Source of the DNA: the human T2T-CHM13v2.0 reference genome, Homo sapiens
DNA: 64,000 nucleotides
Assembly: GCF_009914755.1 (NCBI RefSeq)
Contig: NC_060925.1
Strand: one strand, 5' to 3'
A program made the translations under genes and the position numbers. Positions 51,075 through 63,967 of this stretch are shown here, one piece after another. Under the pieces are notes generated by a model, which was not told the DNA's origin, did not search any database, and was given only the letters and a program-made list of their open reading frames with translations. Position 1 is the first letter of the stretch. Every line of letters starts with the position of its first letter.

Positions 51075-52765
51075 AGTACAAGTATGATTTGAATGAGGAA
51101 CTGAAAAAAAAAACCCCAGCTTTCAATTGTCAGCAATGATTTAAAGGATTGCCAATGACAAGCCTACAGTCATGATGCTAATGTGATGAACAAAGAAAGG
51201 TATGCCGGGCAAAATTCCGGCCAAAATTCTAGAAGTATTCTTTGGCCATGAAGACATAGTTTCAACTGTGCTAATACCAATGGCATTTTTGGGTGTAATC
51301 CAGATTATACACAATATTTTCTGGATATACCCAAAGATGGAACATATTGATGAAACACGTCAAATCTGACCTCGGAACTACTCTCAGACACATTATGGCA
51401 ATCCCAACTAAATGCTGCTAAATAAATTAAATTGAATGTATTTAAGATATGAGATGTACTGAAAAAGTTAAATGAGACAACCAACATTCTCAAATAACAA
51501 ATTATGGTCTTTGATGGAAAAACATATTAATTTTAGAGATGTATTATTGTTAGTGGATTTGCACTATTGTTTGCTATTTAAAATGTTAGTAAAAGCTTAT
51601 GTAAACAATTGACTAATGCTGTCATTTGGATGTTTGTCCCCTAAGCCTCCTGTTGAAATTTGATCCCCAGTGTTGGAGGTGGGGCCTAATGGAAGGTATC
51701 TGGATCACGGGGGCAAATCCCTCATGAAAGGCTTGGTGCTGACCTCGCAATTACGAGTGAGTTCTCACTCTGTTAGCTCCTGCAACTGCTCGTTACAATG
51801 AGCCTGGCACCTCCCTGCTTCTCTCTCTTGCTTCTCCTCTCACCATGGGATATCTGCACAGCCAGCTCCCCTTCACCTGCCGCCATGAGTGGAAGCAGAC
51901 TGAGGCTTTCACCAGATGCCCTATCTTGAACCTTCTAGGCAGCAGAATCATAACCCAAATAAGCCTTTTTTCTTTATAAATTACTCAGTCTCAGATATTC
52001 CTTTATAGCAAAACAAACAGACTTAGACAACTAAGTTTAACTACTTTACTTTTAAAATTAAAAAATATTTCTGTAGGTATCAGAACATGGATTTTCTAGT
52101 TTGGAAGAAAACTGCATATGAAATATACAACCAAAGTGAAATTTCAATGAAATATAAGGCAATTAGGACAATGAAAGGAAAATGTTTGCAAGACAGTGAC
52201 TGAGTTCACAGTCAAATAGTCTCAAAACTAATTTCTACAGAGACTATTTTTTGACTGTTACAGATTAAGGTATTAATTGATTGAAGAGAAATTTGAACAA
52301 GTTTAACAACAAACTGTCATTATACAACAGTGAATTTCTGTTTTTTAAATTAATAGACCATCATTGAAGATTTTGAAAAAAATAAGAAATACTGTATGAA
52401 TATAAATATGGCTTGAAGAAATAGTAAAAAAAATCACATTACGGATGATAGTAATTTATATGATGAAATTCAAATATTTTATATTTTCTGTGATAATCAT
52501 GTATCATATATGACCCAAACACAAAGTTTAAACACAATATGTAAAATTGAAGGCAGTCGTCTTTGATAATTTGCTTACTTTCAGTCCTGAAAACCACAGC
52601 TTCCCACATATTTTTCTATTTTGTCATCACAAAGGTAGATTTGTCAATGCAGAAGGATGAAATGCATTTTATTCAGCAATGTGTTAGCTTGACTTATAAT
52701 TTTTAAATATATAGACATAGAGTATGTGGGCCACCATTCATACTCTTGCCACAGATGCTACGGGT
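51075..52765 (+). mobile_element. hAT-Tip100 (Zaphod-like) transposase fossil, C-terminal part and probable right end
   Basis: DLKDCQ*QAYSHDANV (cf. DCRGQxYDxGANM), FLGVIQ, LYTIFSGYTQRWNIL, LLSDTLWQSQLNAAK (cf. LSxTRWxSR). Confidence 0.7.
51619..52030 (+). mobile_element. MST-family MaLR solo LTR
   Basis: TTTGGATGTTTGTCCCC...TGTTGGAGGTGGGGCC...CCTTTATAGCAAAACAAACAGACTTAGACA. Confidence 0.85.
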
Positions 52766-54644
52766 CAACATGAGTCCAGCATCCCAACCACAAATACATT
52801 TCAGAACTAGGCTGGTGAGCACTGAGAATAAGGGGTGAGGAAGCCTGATTTAATGACAATAGTTCCCTGTCAGGGCTAGGTGATTGGCACGTGCCATACC
52901 AAAGGCAAGAAAGGGCAGGCATAAGAGAGGCCTAGGAATGGTTGATCAAGAAAGGAGGCTGCTGTCCCTGAAGCTGGAATATAGTTCAAGGAGGTGGTTT
53001 CAAGGTCAGCAAAGGACAGCTGCAGCCCAAGGGAGATCTGCAGGACCCAGAGGGGCAAACACTATCCTCCTCCTACGGCCAGAGGAGAGGGAGACAGATG
53101 TCAAGGCAAAGAATCAGCTGCAGAGAATGCCTTGAGGCCCCAAGACAGAGATCAAGCTTGACTCTGGCAGGCTTCCCTACAGAGGCCTGGGGAGCAGGTG
53201 GCACGGGGGCTGGAAGTGAAGGTCCCAGCAGGAGCAGGCAGGGTCACAGAGGATGCATGGCTGGTGGAAGGGCCCAGGTGGGTGTGTGCACAGCCAAGGA
53301 CCTGGGCCAGTCCTGGCCAAGGTCAAGAACTGGGTTGGGCTGGGTTCAGAGACCTGGACTGTGACTGAGCTGAGGGAAAGAGTAGAGTCCAGTAGAGAAA
53401 GGGAATTTTGTTCTTTGTGTGCCAGGAGCAGCTTCCCTGGACCATGTCTGCACTTCACAGCCACAAGGTGTGGCCTGGGTGGGTAGGAGCATGGATAGGG
53501 TATTTCTGGCCCTGCAAGACTGTGGGGGAGTCTGGGGCAGACTAATTGGTAGCTACTGAGAACAGCTGCAGATGAGTTTTCCCTGAATCCTTGGAGAAAG
53601 TGGGTGTCCAGCATCTATCTAGTCAAGCTCCTTTCTTTTCTTTCCTAGAGGAAGGGAGCTCCCTTCTCCAACCAACCTGAACAACCTGGACTCCATTCTC
53701 TTCCTTGCTAGATTGAGGAAGGATCTTAGGTCAAATTCGTGATGGTTTGAAATAAGTATAAAGACTGAGAGTCCAAAAGGACTGCCAGTGCAAGGCAGTC
53801 TGTTCTCTCTCATTCCTCGGGTTCTTCACCTTTAGGTCCTCACCCAAGGTTCCTCCTTCCCTGAGTCAACGCAGAGGGAGGAGGGGACCCCCACACACTG
53901 TCACTCTAGACAGAGGCTTCTTTCCATCGTGTCTGACCTGCCAGAAGCAATCGACTCTCAGGCTCTTTTTCCCCAGGTAAGACACAAAAGACTAAGTTAG
54001 ACATTTCCCAAAGGAAACTGACTACTAGGGGAAAAGTCACATCAAAAGCATGATAGTACAAGACTGCAGGGATGGGATGCGGCCATAAGGAATTATTTTT
54101 TATTTGGGTAGAACCAAATTCCGCCTCAGGAGATTCAGCTGGCTCTAGTGTGGATGCCAGGTTATTTCTCAAAGACCCAACCTTGCATGGCCCCTGGGGC
54201 TGAGCGACTCATTCCACCACAGCAAATGAATTCATGATGTGGGCCCAGGCTGCCTCCTGGCCTTGGGCTGAGATGCTGGTCAGTGCTGCATGGCATGAGC
54301 CAGCCTAATTCCCAATGAAGGGGAGGGAATTAATTATTAAGGACCTACCAGTTTGCATTTGGGTTTTCATTTAATCCCTTCAACAAGCAAGACAGCTAAG
54401 ATTTGGCTGGTATGATATCTTAGTTTGACCCAGTCAGGTTTCAAATAGCTATGGAGGAAACTGAGAAGTCTTCTAGGAAAAAGAAACAAATTGACCATGC
54501 TCACAATTAGAATGCAGATATATTCAGATACATCTAGAGGAACTAGGGCACCAACAGAAGTCCAGACTCAAGAAGGGGCAGGTGATAATGCCCAGTGCTG
54601 GTGAGGGACGATTACATGCTTTTGATGTGTATAATTTGGTGCAG

Positions 54645-55600
54645 TGTTTTTTTTGCTATTGTTGTTGTTTGTTTGTTTATTTTGAGACGGAGTCTTGCTC
54701 TGTCGCCCGGGTTAGAGTGCAGTGACACGATCTTGGCTCACTGCAACCTCTGCCTCCTGGGTTCAAGCGACCCCAGCCTCCCGAGTAGCTGGGATTACAG
54801 GTGCCTACCACCGTGCCCGGGTAATTTTTTTGTACTTTTAGTAGAGATGAGGTTTCACCATCTTGGCCAGGCTGGTCTTGAACTCCTGACCTCGTAATCT
54901 ACCCACCTCGGCCTCCCAAAGTGCTGGGATTACAGGCATGAGCCACCGTGCCTGGCCTGGTGCAGCGTTCTTGAAGGCAATTTGCTGTCATTAAACATTG
55001 GCACACAGATATTCTTTGACAGCAGTTTCGTTGCCAGGAATTTATTCTACAGATTTACAAGTATGCAAACATTTGTTAACAAGAGCATTCACTGAAGCAT
55101 TGTTTATAACAGTAAAATAATGGCAACAAATGCCCATCAGTAGGGGACCAATTGAGTAAAACGAATACTCTGCTTCTATTGAAAAAACGAGATGAATCTA
55201 TCTATATGTGCTAATATAGAACAATATATAAGAAACAATGAGAAAAGTAAATTGCAGAAGAACCTTGCAATACTATCCCATTTGTAGGTTTTTAAAGAAA
55301 ACTGATGACATGTGGACTTACAGTGGAATCGAAAATATCTGGAAAGCTACACAAATGAGAAGCTGTGAATAGTGGCTATCACTAGGGGACTTTTACTTTC
55401 TTTTTATTTCTTTTTTGACATAGGGTCTCCCCTGTCTCCAAGGCTGAAGTGCAGTGGCGCCATCACGGCTCACTGCAGCCTTGACCTCCTGGGCTCAAGC
55501 AAGCCTTCCACTTCAGTCTCCCGAGTAGCTAGGACCACGCCCGGCTAATTTTTGTATTTTTTGTAGAGACAGGGTTTCGCCACGTTGCCCAGGCTAGTAC
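54645..55600. mobile_element. Alu - (54645-54958), old L1ME 3' fragment, partial Alu - (55395-55597)
   Basis: Consensus similarity; TSD TGGTGCAGYGTT around the first Alu. Confidence 0.85.
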
Positions 55601-56388
55601 TTCCTATCTTACATTTTTCTCTACTGCTTTGAATTTACTTTTATGAACCTATATTGCTTTTAAAATGGAAAAGAAAAAAGTTAAAGAAGGAATTAGGGAC
55701 CAATAAGAGGTAATTCATCAAGAAAAAAAGGAATTTACCAAATGTATCCTTAGAAGTCAAACTCAGCAATAGGACCTAAAGGCAGGTAAGACATGGTGGC
55801 TGATTGATGGACCCTTCCTGACAAGCTGACATGGCCAAATGAAGAGGGTTTGCTCTCATTCATTAAGCTCGATTTCCTTGAGACCCAAGCAGTCTTGCTG
55901 TGGGGCCCCAATAATGTGGCTGAGGAGAGTGGTGCCCTTTCCCATTAGAAGCAGACTGCAGAGTTGTCAAAGCACAGAAGGGGAAGCACTGGTAGCCGGA
56001 GCCCCTGGCAGAGATTGGCGCTCATGAAAGAGTCTGGAGGCAGCAGGCATTGGATCTCCAGCAGCCTGGATCTCCAGCTTACTTCCCACCAAGTCTTGGT
56101 ACAGTGGAGGTGATGGCAGAACTGCAAGTATCCAGCAACAGCAGAAGGAGACAGTCATCAGGACTGGGCTAGGAATGCATGGTCGGGGGTGGGTAAGACA
56201 AGCTTGGAGAATCTCAGAAACACTTGAGGAAAAGCTATCAGAGACTGGAATGTCTGAGTGAGTACTTAAGCAATTTAAATTAATGATATTCAGTTTTCAC
56301 TCACGCATCTGATACACTGAGCTCTTATTATATGCAAGGCACAGTACCAACCACAGGAGATACAGCAGTGAGCAAGGTAAACACAGAA

Positions 56389-56394
56389 TTTATT
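56389..56394 (-). terminator. Candidate polyadenylation signal (AATAAA) for the GPCR pseudogene transcript
   Basis: TTTATT on the plus strand ~580 nt beyond the pseudogene's terminal stop. Confidence 0.45.
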
Positions 56395-56591
56395 AAGTTG
56401 AATTGGGTGGAAATAAAATTTCCAATATTCAACTTTTGGGGACTTATAAAAATGATAATGTCTTATGGGTCAACATGAATACATTCTGGCAAGAGAGAAA
56501 GAAAACAACAACAACGCATTACCCAATTAATTGCTTGATTACAATTATGAAAAGAGCTATCAAAGAGCAATCCGATCTGATTCAGTCGTGT

Positions 56592-56623
<32 letters not shown>

Positions 56624-56974
56624 TGCCAGCCAAGAAAGGCTTCCCTATAAGGAGTTACTTTAGAGGAAGTGAGGGTGAAGAAGAACTAACTTAGTGAAAG
56701 AGAGGAACAGAGATCATTCCTGGCCAAGTCAGGTACAAAGGCCATGAAGAGTAGGAGACCGGCATTTTCCCGGGCCTAAGAAGGTGACTGCCTGCAGGGA
56801 GACGCAGGGGTGGTGGGTTAGGGAGAGAAAGGGGAGCCAAATCAGACAGGGCCTTGTAGGCCATGATAAGGACTTTGGGTTTTATCCCAAGAGGTTTAAA
56901 AAAAACACAGTGGTATATTATTTGTATCCAAAAGCTGGCAACATCCAGGGAACATTCGGGTTACAAAGAATGTT

Positions 56975-58128
56975 CTATGTCCTTGGTACAGATGAGCCCG
57001 GAGGTTCACAGCTACAGGGGTAGTATGTGGTTGCGTCAGGATTAGAATCTAGGTCTTTCCAAAGAGCTTTCTCCACCCTGGATGCCACTGGGAGGGTGAC
57101 AGGGGGGTGAGACAGGAGGGGAGGCCAGGAGACTCTCCAAGAGGAGGCCAAGGAGGCCCCATGCGCCCTGGGCGCCCCCTTCACCAGGCGGCAGCTCAGT
57201 GCCCAGCAGCAGTCCTGGTGGAAGAGGCGCACGAAGAAGCAGCAGATGAGTGGGTCCAGGCAGCTGTTGAGGCTCAGCAGCGCCAGGCTGAGGGTGTGCA
57301 GGATGTCGAGCGTGGAGGCGGCGCGACACCGGTCTCCGTTGTCTTCCCCCCCAGCCACCTAGGGCGCCAGCAGCAGGTGGTTGGGCGCCAGACTGAGGGC
57401 GAAGACCAGCAGGAACCCCAGGACCATGGTCTTGGCCGCGCGCCGGTGCGCGCCGGCGGTTGCAGGGCCCGGGCCCGGGCCAGAGGGCGCCTTGAGCGCC
57501 CGCGCCAGGCTCACGTTGGCCGCGAGCACAAGCAGGAAGGCGGCCGCGAAGGCCACCGTGGCGGAGGCCAGCCCCGAGCTTGCCCAGCGGTGCTCCAGGC
57601 AGGGAGGGGCCAGGCCCGCCAGCCAGGCGAAGGCGCAGGCAGCGCGCGCGGGGCGCCGTAGGCACCGGGCCAGGCGGGCAGCCGCCCTGGGCCCGGGACC
57701 GCGTACGAAGCCGCAGCGGCACACGCTGATGAGCGCGGCGAAGACCACCGCCGCATAGGTGGACACGTAGTAGGTGGCCCCGGCCGCGTGGCAGGCGGCC
57801 TCCGGGCCAGGCCCAGGTAGTAGGTGAGCCACAGCTGCAGCGTGAGCGTGAAGAACTCATCAACCAGAGCCAGGTTGAACAGGTAGAGAAGCAGGGCCTG
57901 GCCCAGGCGCCCGCCGCTGCGGATGAACATTGCCAGGGCCGCCACGTTGGCTGGCAGCCCCAGGCCCAGTGCCAAGGCATAGGCCGCGGGCACCACGATG
58001 AAGCGAGCAGGGTCATCCCAGAGGCTGCAGCCGCCAACACCCAGGTCCCCAACACTGCTGTTCATCTCTGACCTTGAAGTGGCAGAAGAAAGGTTACTGC
58101 GGAGGCTAGCGACAAAGGCAGCCCCCAT
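56975..58128 (-). pseudogene. GPR199P: Class A (delta-group) GPCR pseudogene, PTAFR-like, with intronless coding region
   Basis: TM1 PAAYALALGLGLPAN, TM2 YLFNLALVD..LTLQLWLTYY, frameshift ~57806, TM3 CHAAG..TY..ISVCR, TM4 W, ECL2 CLEH, TM5, TM6 FALSLAPNH, TAG at 57361-57359, TM7 NSCLDPLIC. The symbol (formerly LOC653160) is from memory and less certain than the family call. Confidence 0.9.
57150..58045. promoter_or_regulatory. CpG island over the GPCR pseudogene body
   Basis: Dense CpG and very high GC content. Confidence 0.85.
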
Positions 58129-58789
58129 TCCACCTTCTCCCACCCCAGTCTCCTCTTCTTCAGCCCTTGCTGGGAGGGGACACTAGAGGCAGAGTCCATG
58201 TGAGAGGGAATGAAGACCGAACCTGGCCAGCAGCTGCTGAGAGGAGGGTATGGACTCCAGAGTTTTTGGTGACAAACTGTGGGAAGCGAGGAAGAGGCAG
58301 GAGTCCTAGATAACTTGGAAATTTCCAACCTTAGTGACTGAGAGGGTAGAGATGCCCCTCACAGATGGAGTATGGTTCATACATGTTGGGCCACAGACCT
58401 GTGCAGTAAACCCACGTAGGACTGAGCCAACAGGGAGTTCTGGAGAAACAGGCTGAAATATAAAGAAGAGGCCTTTCCAGAAAAAGCCCCAACACCCGCC
58501 CCCCCCTCCCCGCCCCCATCCCTGTGCCACCCAGATGAGAAGCATGGATGGAGGAATGGGCTTGCGGTGCAGTGCCTATGCACACTGACCTCAGACTTGC
58601 CTTGGTGAAGGTCCTCTCCCAGAGAGGTGCCCCAGCGCTTGCCTGGAGCACCCTTGGCTGGGCTGAAAAGCTTTTGCCACTCTCAAGCCTTTCATCCTGT
58701 TTCCTCCCCCCTCACTTTTTGACCACAAAGAGGTCCTGGGTCAGACTCAAACCTCTGGACAGAAAAGCAAAAAGTGCACAGACCCAGCA

Positions 58790-58945
58790 ATCAGGCAGAT
58801 TCTAGATAACACACATCTATTTGCCATGTGACCTTGGGCAAATTACTCAGCTTCACTGAGCCTGTCTTTGCTGCAGTAAAATGGAGATGAAAATACCTAC
58901 CTCACAGGGTTGTTGGGAGGATTATGAGAAAACCTAAGTAAAACT
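58790..58945. mobile_element. MIR fragment
   Basis: TGTGACCTTGGGCAAATTACT...GTAAAATGGAGAT...CTACCTCACAGGGTTGTTGGGAGGATT. Confidence 0.8.
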
Positions 58946-60092
58946 GAGCCCTGTGGCTGACACTGGGGAGATACTTCATTACTGTTAGTTCCCTTCCCTT
59001 CTAGGCAGCACATAGATAAATGTGTACACTCACACAGGCACACACAGTGTGTCAGAGACACAGACACCCCAGGCACACAAAACAACACAAAAACATCTGG
59101 GCATATTCCTACCCTCTTCCCAAGGGAGTAAGTGCACAAACCAATGTCCTGTTACTATTTGTGACACACTTACACACTCCTAGGATGTCCTAAAACTCAG
59201 TTCTTCCAAAATCTGCATTTTTGCCTTTGAGCATCTCAGGCTCCAATCCTTTCTGAGACCCTGGGTAACTGTATTTCCTTTCCCACCTTCCTCTATTCTG
59301 TTCTCCATGCCTGTAGCCCCACCCTGACCCATCCCCTGCCATCCTACCAGACTGTTCCTTTCTTGCCTCTTGCTATAATGGCTGCTGGAGTTCTCTCTGG
59401 GGTCCTGACTTTAAGGATCTGAGACAGGGGAGAATCCCCTCCCACCCACACATCCCAGACCCTCCTATCGCCAGCTAATCCCAAGAAACGACATGAAGAA
59501 TGGGTCCGACAGCTGGAAGGGCTGGAGCCCACCTGTGGCAGCTATGAGCTGGGTTTTTGGGGCTGCAGTAGGGCCCCAAGGGAAGGGAGTGTCATCGGAG
59601 GACAAGAAAGCCTTCAGCACAGGGAGGGAGATAAAAATGTATTAGGAAGGGCAGGCAGCTGAACGTCATCGTGCTGAGCTGACCTAGATTTAGGCTGTAG
59701 TTTGGGGGGCACGTTTCCTGAGGCCTGGCTTCTCCTTGGGCTGCTAAGGAGGCACTGCTTGGGCTCAAGATCCTCCTGCTGCTGTCAATCCCAACTGCTC
59801 GTACACACCAGCTGCCCAGCCTACTCCTCTAGCACCCTGACTTTCCTGCAGCTGCTGGGCAGTCCTACAGCCAAGCTTGGGGGGCCCAGTAGCTGCTTAT
59901 CAGCCTACAGACCCAGACTTGGTAAACAGGAGCCCTCAATCTAATGCTAGCTGCGAGAGGTTTTACTCAAAGTCCATCCTGGCAGGAGACGGGCTGGCGG
60001 TGGCATCCTGGAAGGGGTGGAGAAAGAATAAGGCCAGGATCCTCGGGGCTCCAGGCTCTACTTTCAGGGGCTTCAAAATTTTCAAGCAAGAT

Positions 60093-60217
60093 GGGCACAG
60101 TGGCTAATGCCTGTAACCCCAGCACTTTGGGAGGCCAAGGCAGGTGGATCACCTGAGGTCAGAAGTTCGAGACCAGCCTGGCCAACATGGTGAAACCCCA
60201 TCTCAAAAAAAAAAAAA
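60093..60217 (+). mobile_element. Alu left monomer
   Basis: Alu left-arm consensus ending in polyA. Confidence 0.9.
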
Positions 60218-60718
60218 TTCCAATCAGAGGGGAAATGCTGGGAAAGCAGAGCAGATTTCATCACCCCAGACAGGTCATCCCATCTACCCTCAGATTGAAG
60301 AGAGCTGGGGTGCCATGCCTGTCCATTTTCAGCTTTGGCAGCTGGTGCAGTGAAAAGTTTGAGTTCTGGAATCAATTAGGACTTAGTTCTAGTTCCAGGT
60401 CTGATATATAGGCACTCAAGCTTTCCAAATGCATTTTCTCATCTGTAAAACAAATCAATATTTAATAATGACTAGCATTTACTGAACATTTACTATGTGC
60501 CAGGCTATGAAATAGTTACTATCATTATCCATAGTTTTCAAATAAGCTAGTAAGTGACAGAAACCATTGTCTACCCCCTCTTCTTCCTTGCTGACCAGTG
60601 TGGGTAAATCTTAGTCTAAGTCCATCATGGGAATTCCATTCTCCTGCCAGTCATTAGTCTAGGAATGGAAATGGGACATAGCTCTGCCCAGTGAGATCCA
60701 TGCGAAAATCTAGGGTCT

Positions 60719-61037
<319 letters not shown>

Positions 61038-62239
61038 AAATCTAGGGTCTTCTAAGGCACCCTTCCTCTCTTTTCACCTTTCAATATTATAGCAAATGCA
61101 CTGTCTGGAGCTGCTGCAGCTATTTCGCAATTCTGAGGGCAATAGCCAATACACTGAAAGCAGCAGAGCAGAAAGTTTAAAGAATGTTGATTCTTGATGC
61201 CATCATTAGGCAAACTGACCAACATTGAAACTGAAGTGGTTATCTCTGGACCTCTTACATGAGAGAAAAGGTTTCCTTATTGTTTTGACACTACCATTTA
61301 TTTAGTGTAATCTATCTATCCTTACTATAGGCAGACTACACCACTATGCTTTCAGACTCAGAAGAAAAAAATCCAACTGAGAGTGTCACCTTGCCTGAGG
61401 TTCACACTAGTCAGAATGGGAATTAGCATTTTGTAGTGAACATGAAATGGAGTAATAGAGACTTCTTTTCCACCCTCAAAGCAATCTGTAGGCTGATAGC
61501 TAGAATATTTGCATAAATAAGTGAACTGTTTCTCACTATAGTCCCTCATGGGAGGTACATCACTTCCCAAAAGCCCACAGCCCTGCCAACCTAAGATAAA
61601 GATGGTGGTGACATAATAGCAGGTGCCCTAACGTGTTGTCCACTTTTCCCCTGAGAACTGTCACACATATGCACCCTTCCTACCCCCAAGGACCTCTGGG
61701 ATTCCTCCCAGGCTTTGGGCCCTGCTGTACCATTCAGCATTTCATGGAGTTGGCTGTCCCTCATCTCCACGTAGGTGTCAAGGAGCACTGGACTGGGTGC
61801 CACAGATCACCACCAGAGCTTGATTTCAGGTCCTGTCAAATGACTCAATGCCTACCTGTTAGCTCTGCACATCTAATATGTCAGAGAAAAAAAGGAGTGG
61901 GAGGGAATCTCTAATATGTCTCAAAGGGCATAGGCAGAAGCAAGTACTTAAGCTCTGCATACAGAACCTGTACGTTTTAAATATGTATTAAAAACCTTAA
62001 AAACATGCATGTGTTTTGAACCAGCACCCTCACTTCTAGGGGAAGAAAATAAGTATGCAAAAGTGATTTACTGTGAGGCTTACGAGAGCAAAAAATTGAG
62101 AATAACCCAAATGTTCCTCATGGGGGATTAAATACATTATAGTACATCCTTGCAATGGAATACTATGCAGCCATTAACAGCAATGAGGCAAAAGAGACAT
62201 GAAACAGTGTTATAGTTTATAAGGTTTTAAAAGGAGGAA

Positions 62240-62613
62240 ATAAAATAGGATATATGGTTTTATTTTCATTTAAAAAAAATATATATCTGTTTAAAGGCAC
62301 AGAAAAAAGTTCAGAGGTATACTTACACCAAGGCATTAAAAGTGGTTATTTGGGGCATCAGAATTTTGGTTGATTTAAATTTCTTTTCTGCTTATTTTGT
62401 ATTTTCATATGACATGAGGAATGTTAATATGCATAACATGTACTCCTCACAAAAGAGTAGTAAAGCTAAAAAGAGAAAGCAGTGCCAGGTAGACAAAATG
62501 TCTCTTTCAACACTGGCTGACCCTGGATATTATACTGGTAACAAGATGATAGACTCTGTGTTCTACCATGTTCCTGCTGTGACAGCTGCATGGCATAAAG
62601 AGACAGAGATGCT
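62240..62613 (-). other. TMEM35B: TMEM35B 3' UTR with candidate AATAAA at 62264-62259
   Basis: Follows the TAG stop; TTTATT on plus at 62259-62264; cleavage site approximate. Confidence 0.6.
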
Positions 62614-62847
<234 letters not shown>

Positions 62848-63127
62848 TCAGGGCTCTCTAGTTTAGGCTGACCCACTCCAGCCCAAGCCCTCCCATTAAA
62901 CACCCCCACCACTCCTAACGCACATTCCCAAAACTAGCGGCATTCATCTCTAGCCTCCTGGAGAAAGCAGGACCAGGAAATTAGAAGCCTCTTGAACAAC
63001 AGCAGCAGTGGCAACAGTTGCCCCTCTCAGAGGACAAGAAAGAAACGGGAATGACCCAGCCAAATAGGGCAGTGGCTAGAGTGGATAGATTTTAGAAAAA
63101 AAAATCTCCCTGATCCTTCTCCTTTCC

Positions 63128-63445
63128 TTTTTTTTTTTTTTTTTTTGAGGCAGAGGCTTGCTCTGTCACCCAGGCTGGAGTGCAATGGCGTGATCTCCTG
63201 CCAGCCTTCTGAGTAGCTGGGCTACTGGGTTCTGGGTACTGGCTTCAAGCGATTCTCCTGCCTCAGCCTCCTGAGTAGCTGGGATTACAGGCGCGCACCA
63301 CCACGCCCGGCTAATGTTTGTATTTTTAGTAGAGACGGGGTTTCATCATGTTGGTCAGGCTGGTCTTGAACTCCTGACCTTGTGATCCGCCCGCCTCGGC
63401 CTCCCAAAGTGCTGGGATTACAGGCATGAGCCACCGTGTCTGGCC
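63128..63445 (-). mobile_element. Alu with an internally rearranged right arm
   Basis: Alu consensus; duplicated CTCCTGCC..AGCCT..TGAGTAGCTGGG segment; TSD CCTTCTCCTTTC. Confidence 0.9.
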
Positions 63446-63967
63446 CCTTCTCCTTTCTTAATCCTACATCTACTAAGATTAAGATGGAGGGAAGGACTAG
63501 CCCAGGGGCTGTTGGTTGGAGGTATGGGAAAGATCTGAAAATGGGAGAAGCTCCAGAGATGGAAGCAAGCCTGGTAGCAGTGGCAGCAATGGTAACAGAT
63601 GCCAGGGCATATAGAAGAGCCTGAAGATATCTGGCCTTTGAAGCAACAGCTGTCTTTGTACATCAGCAGTTCCTGTGGGCAGAGCTACTTGAGGGGGACT
63701 CCCTAGGGAAATTCTCTGCCTTCCTGTTCAAGGTTCTCCAGCTTCCCTGCTCTCTACACCAATCTGCCAGACACATGCATCAAATGGCAGCTGCTCCTCC
63801 ATCCCCTCATCCTAGGAGTGGATGTGTGGAGGAAGGAGCAGAGGCGCTGAGCTTGCAATATATCTTCACAAGGCAATACTATGCAGCCATTAGAATTGAG
63901 GAGGTAGAAGGTACACTTAACATGTGATAATGTTCTAGCACATTAAGTTTAAAAAGTACCTGTGCTA

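Noticed and set aside
57042-58055. 337-aa minus-strand ORF and antisense ORFs over the GPCR
   Set aside because: Alternative-frame shadows of the GC-rich pseudogene; the GPCR motifs are in the other frames
59340-59380. Possible upstream non-coding exon donor (CTG/GTAGGA) for the GPCR pseudogene
   Set aside because: Weak donor with no supporting promoter signature; cannot be distinguished from background
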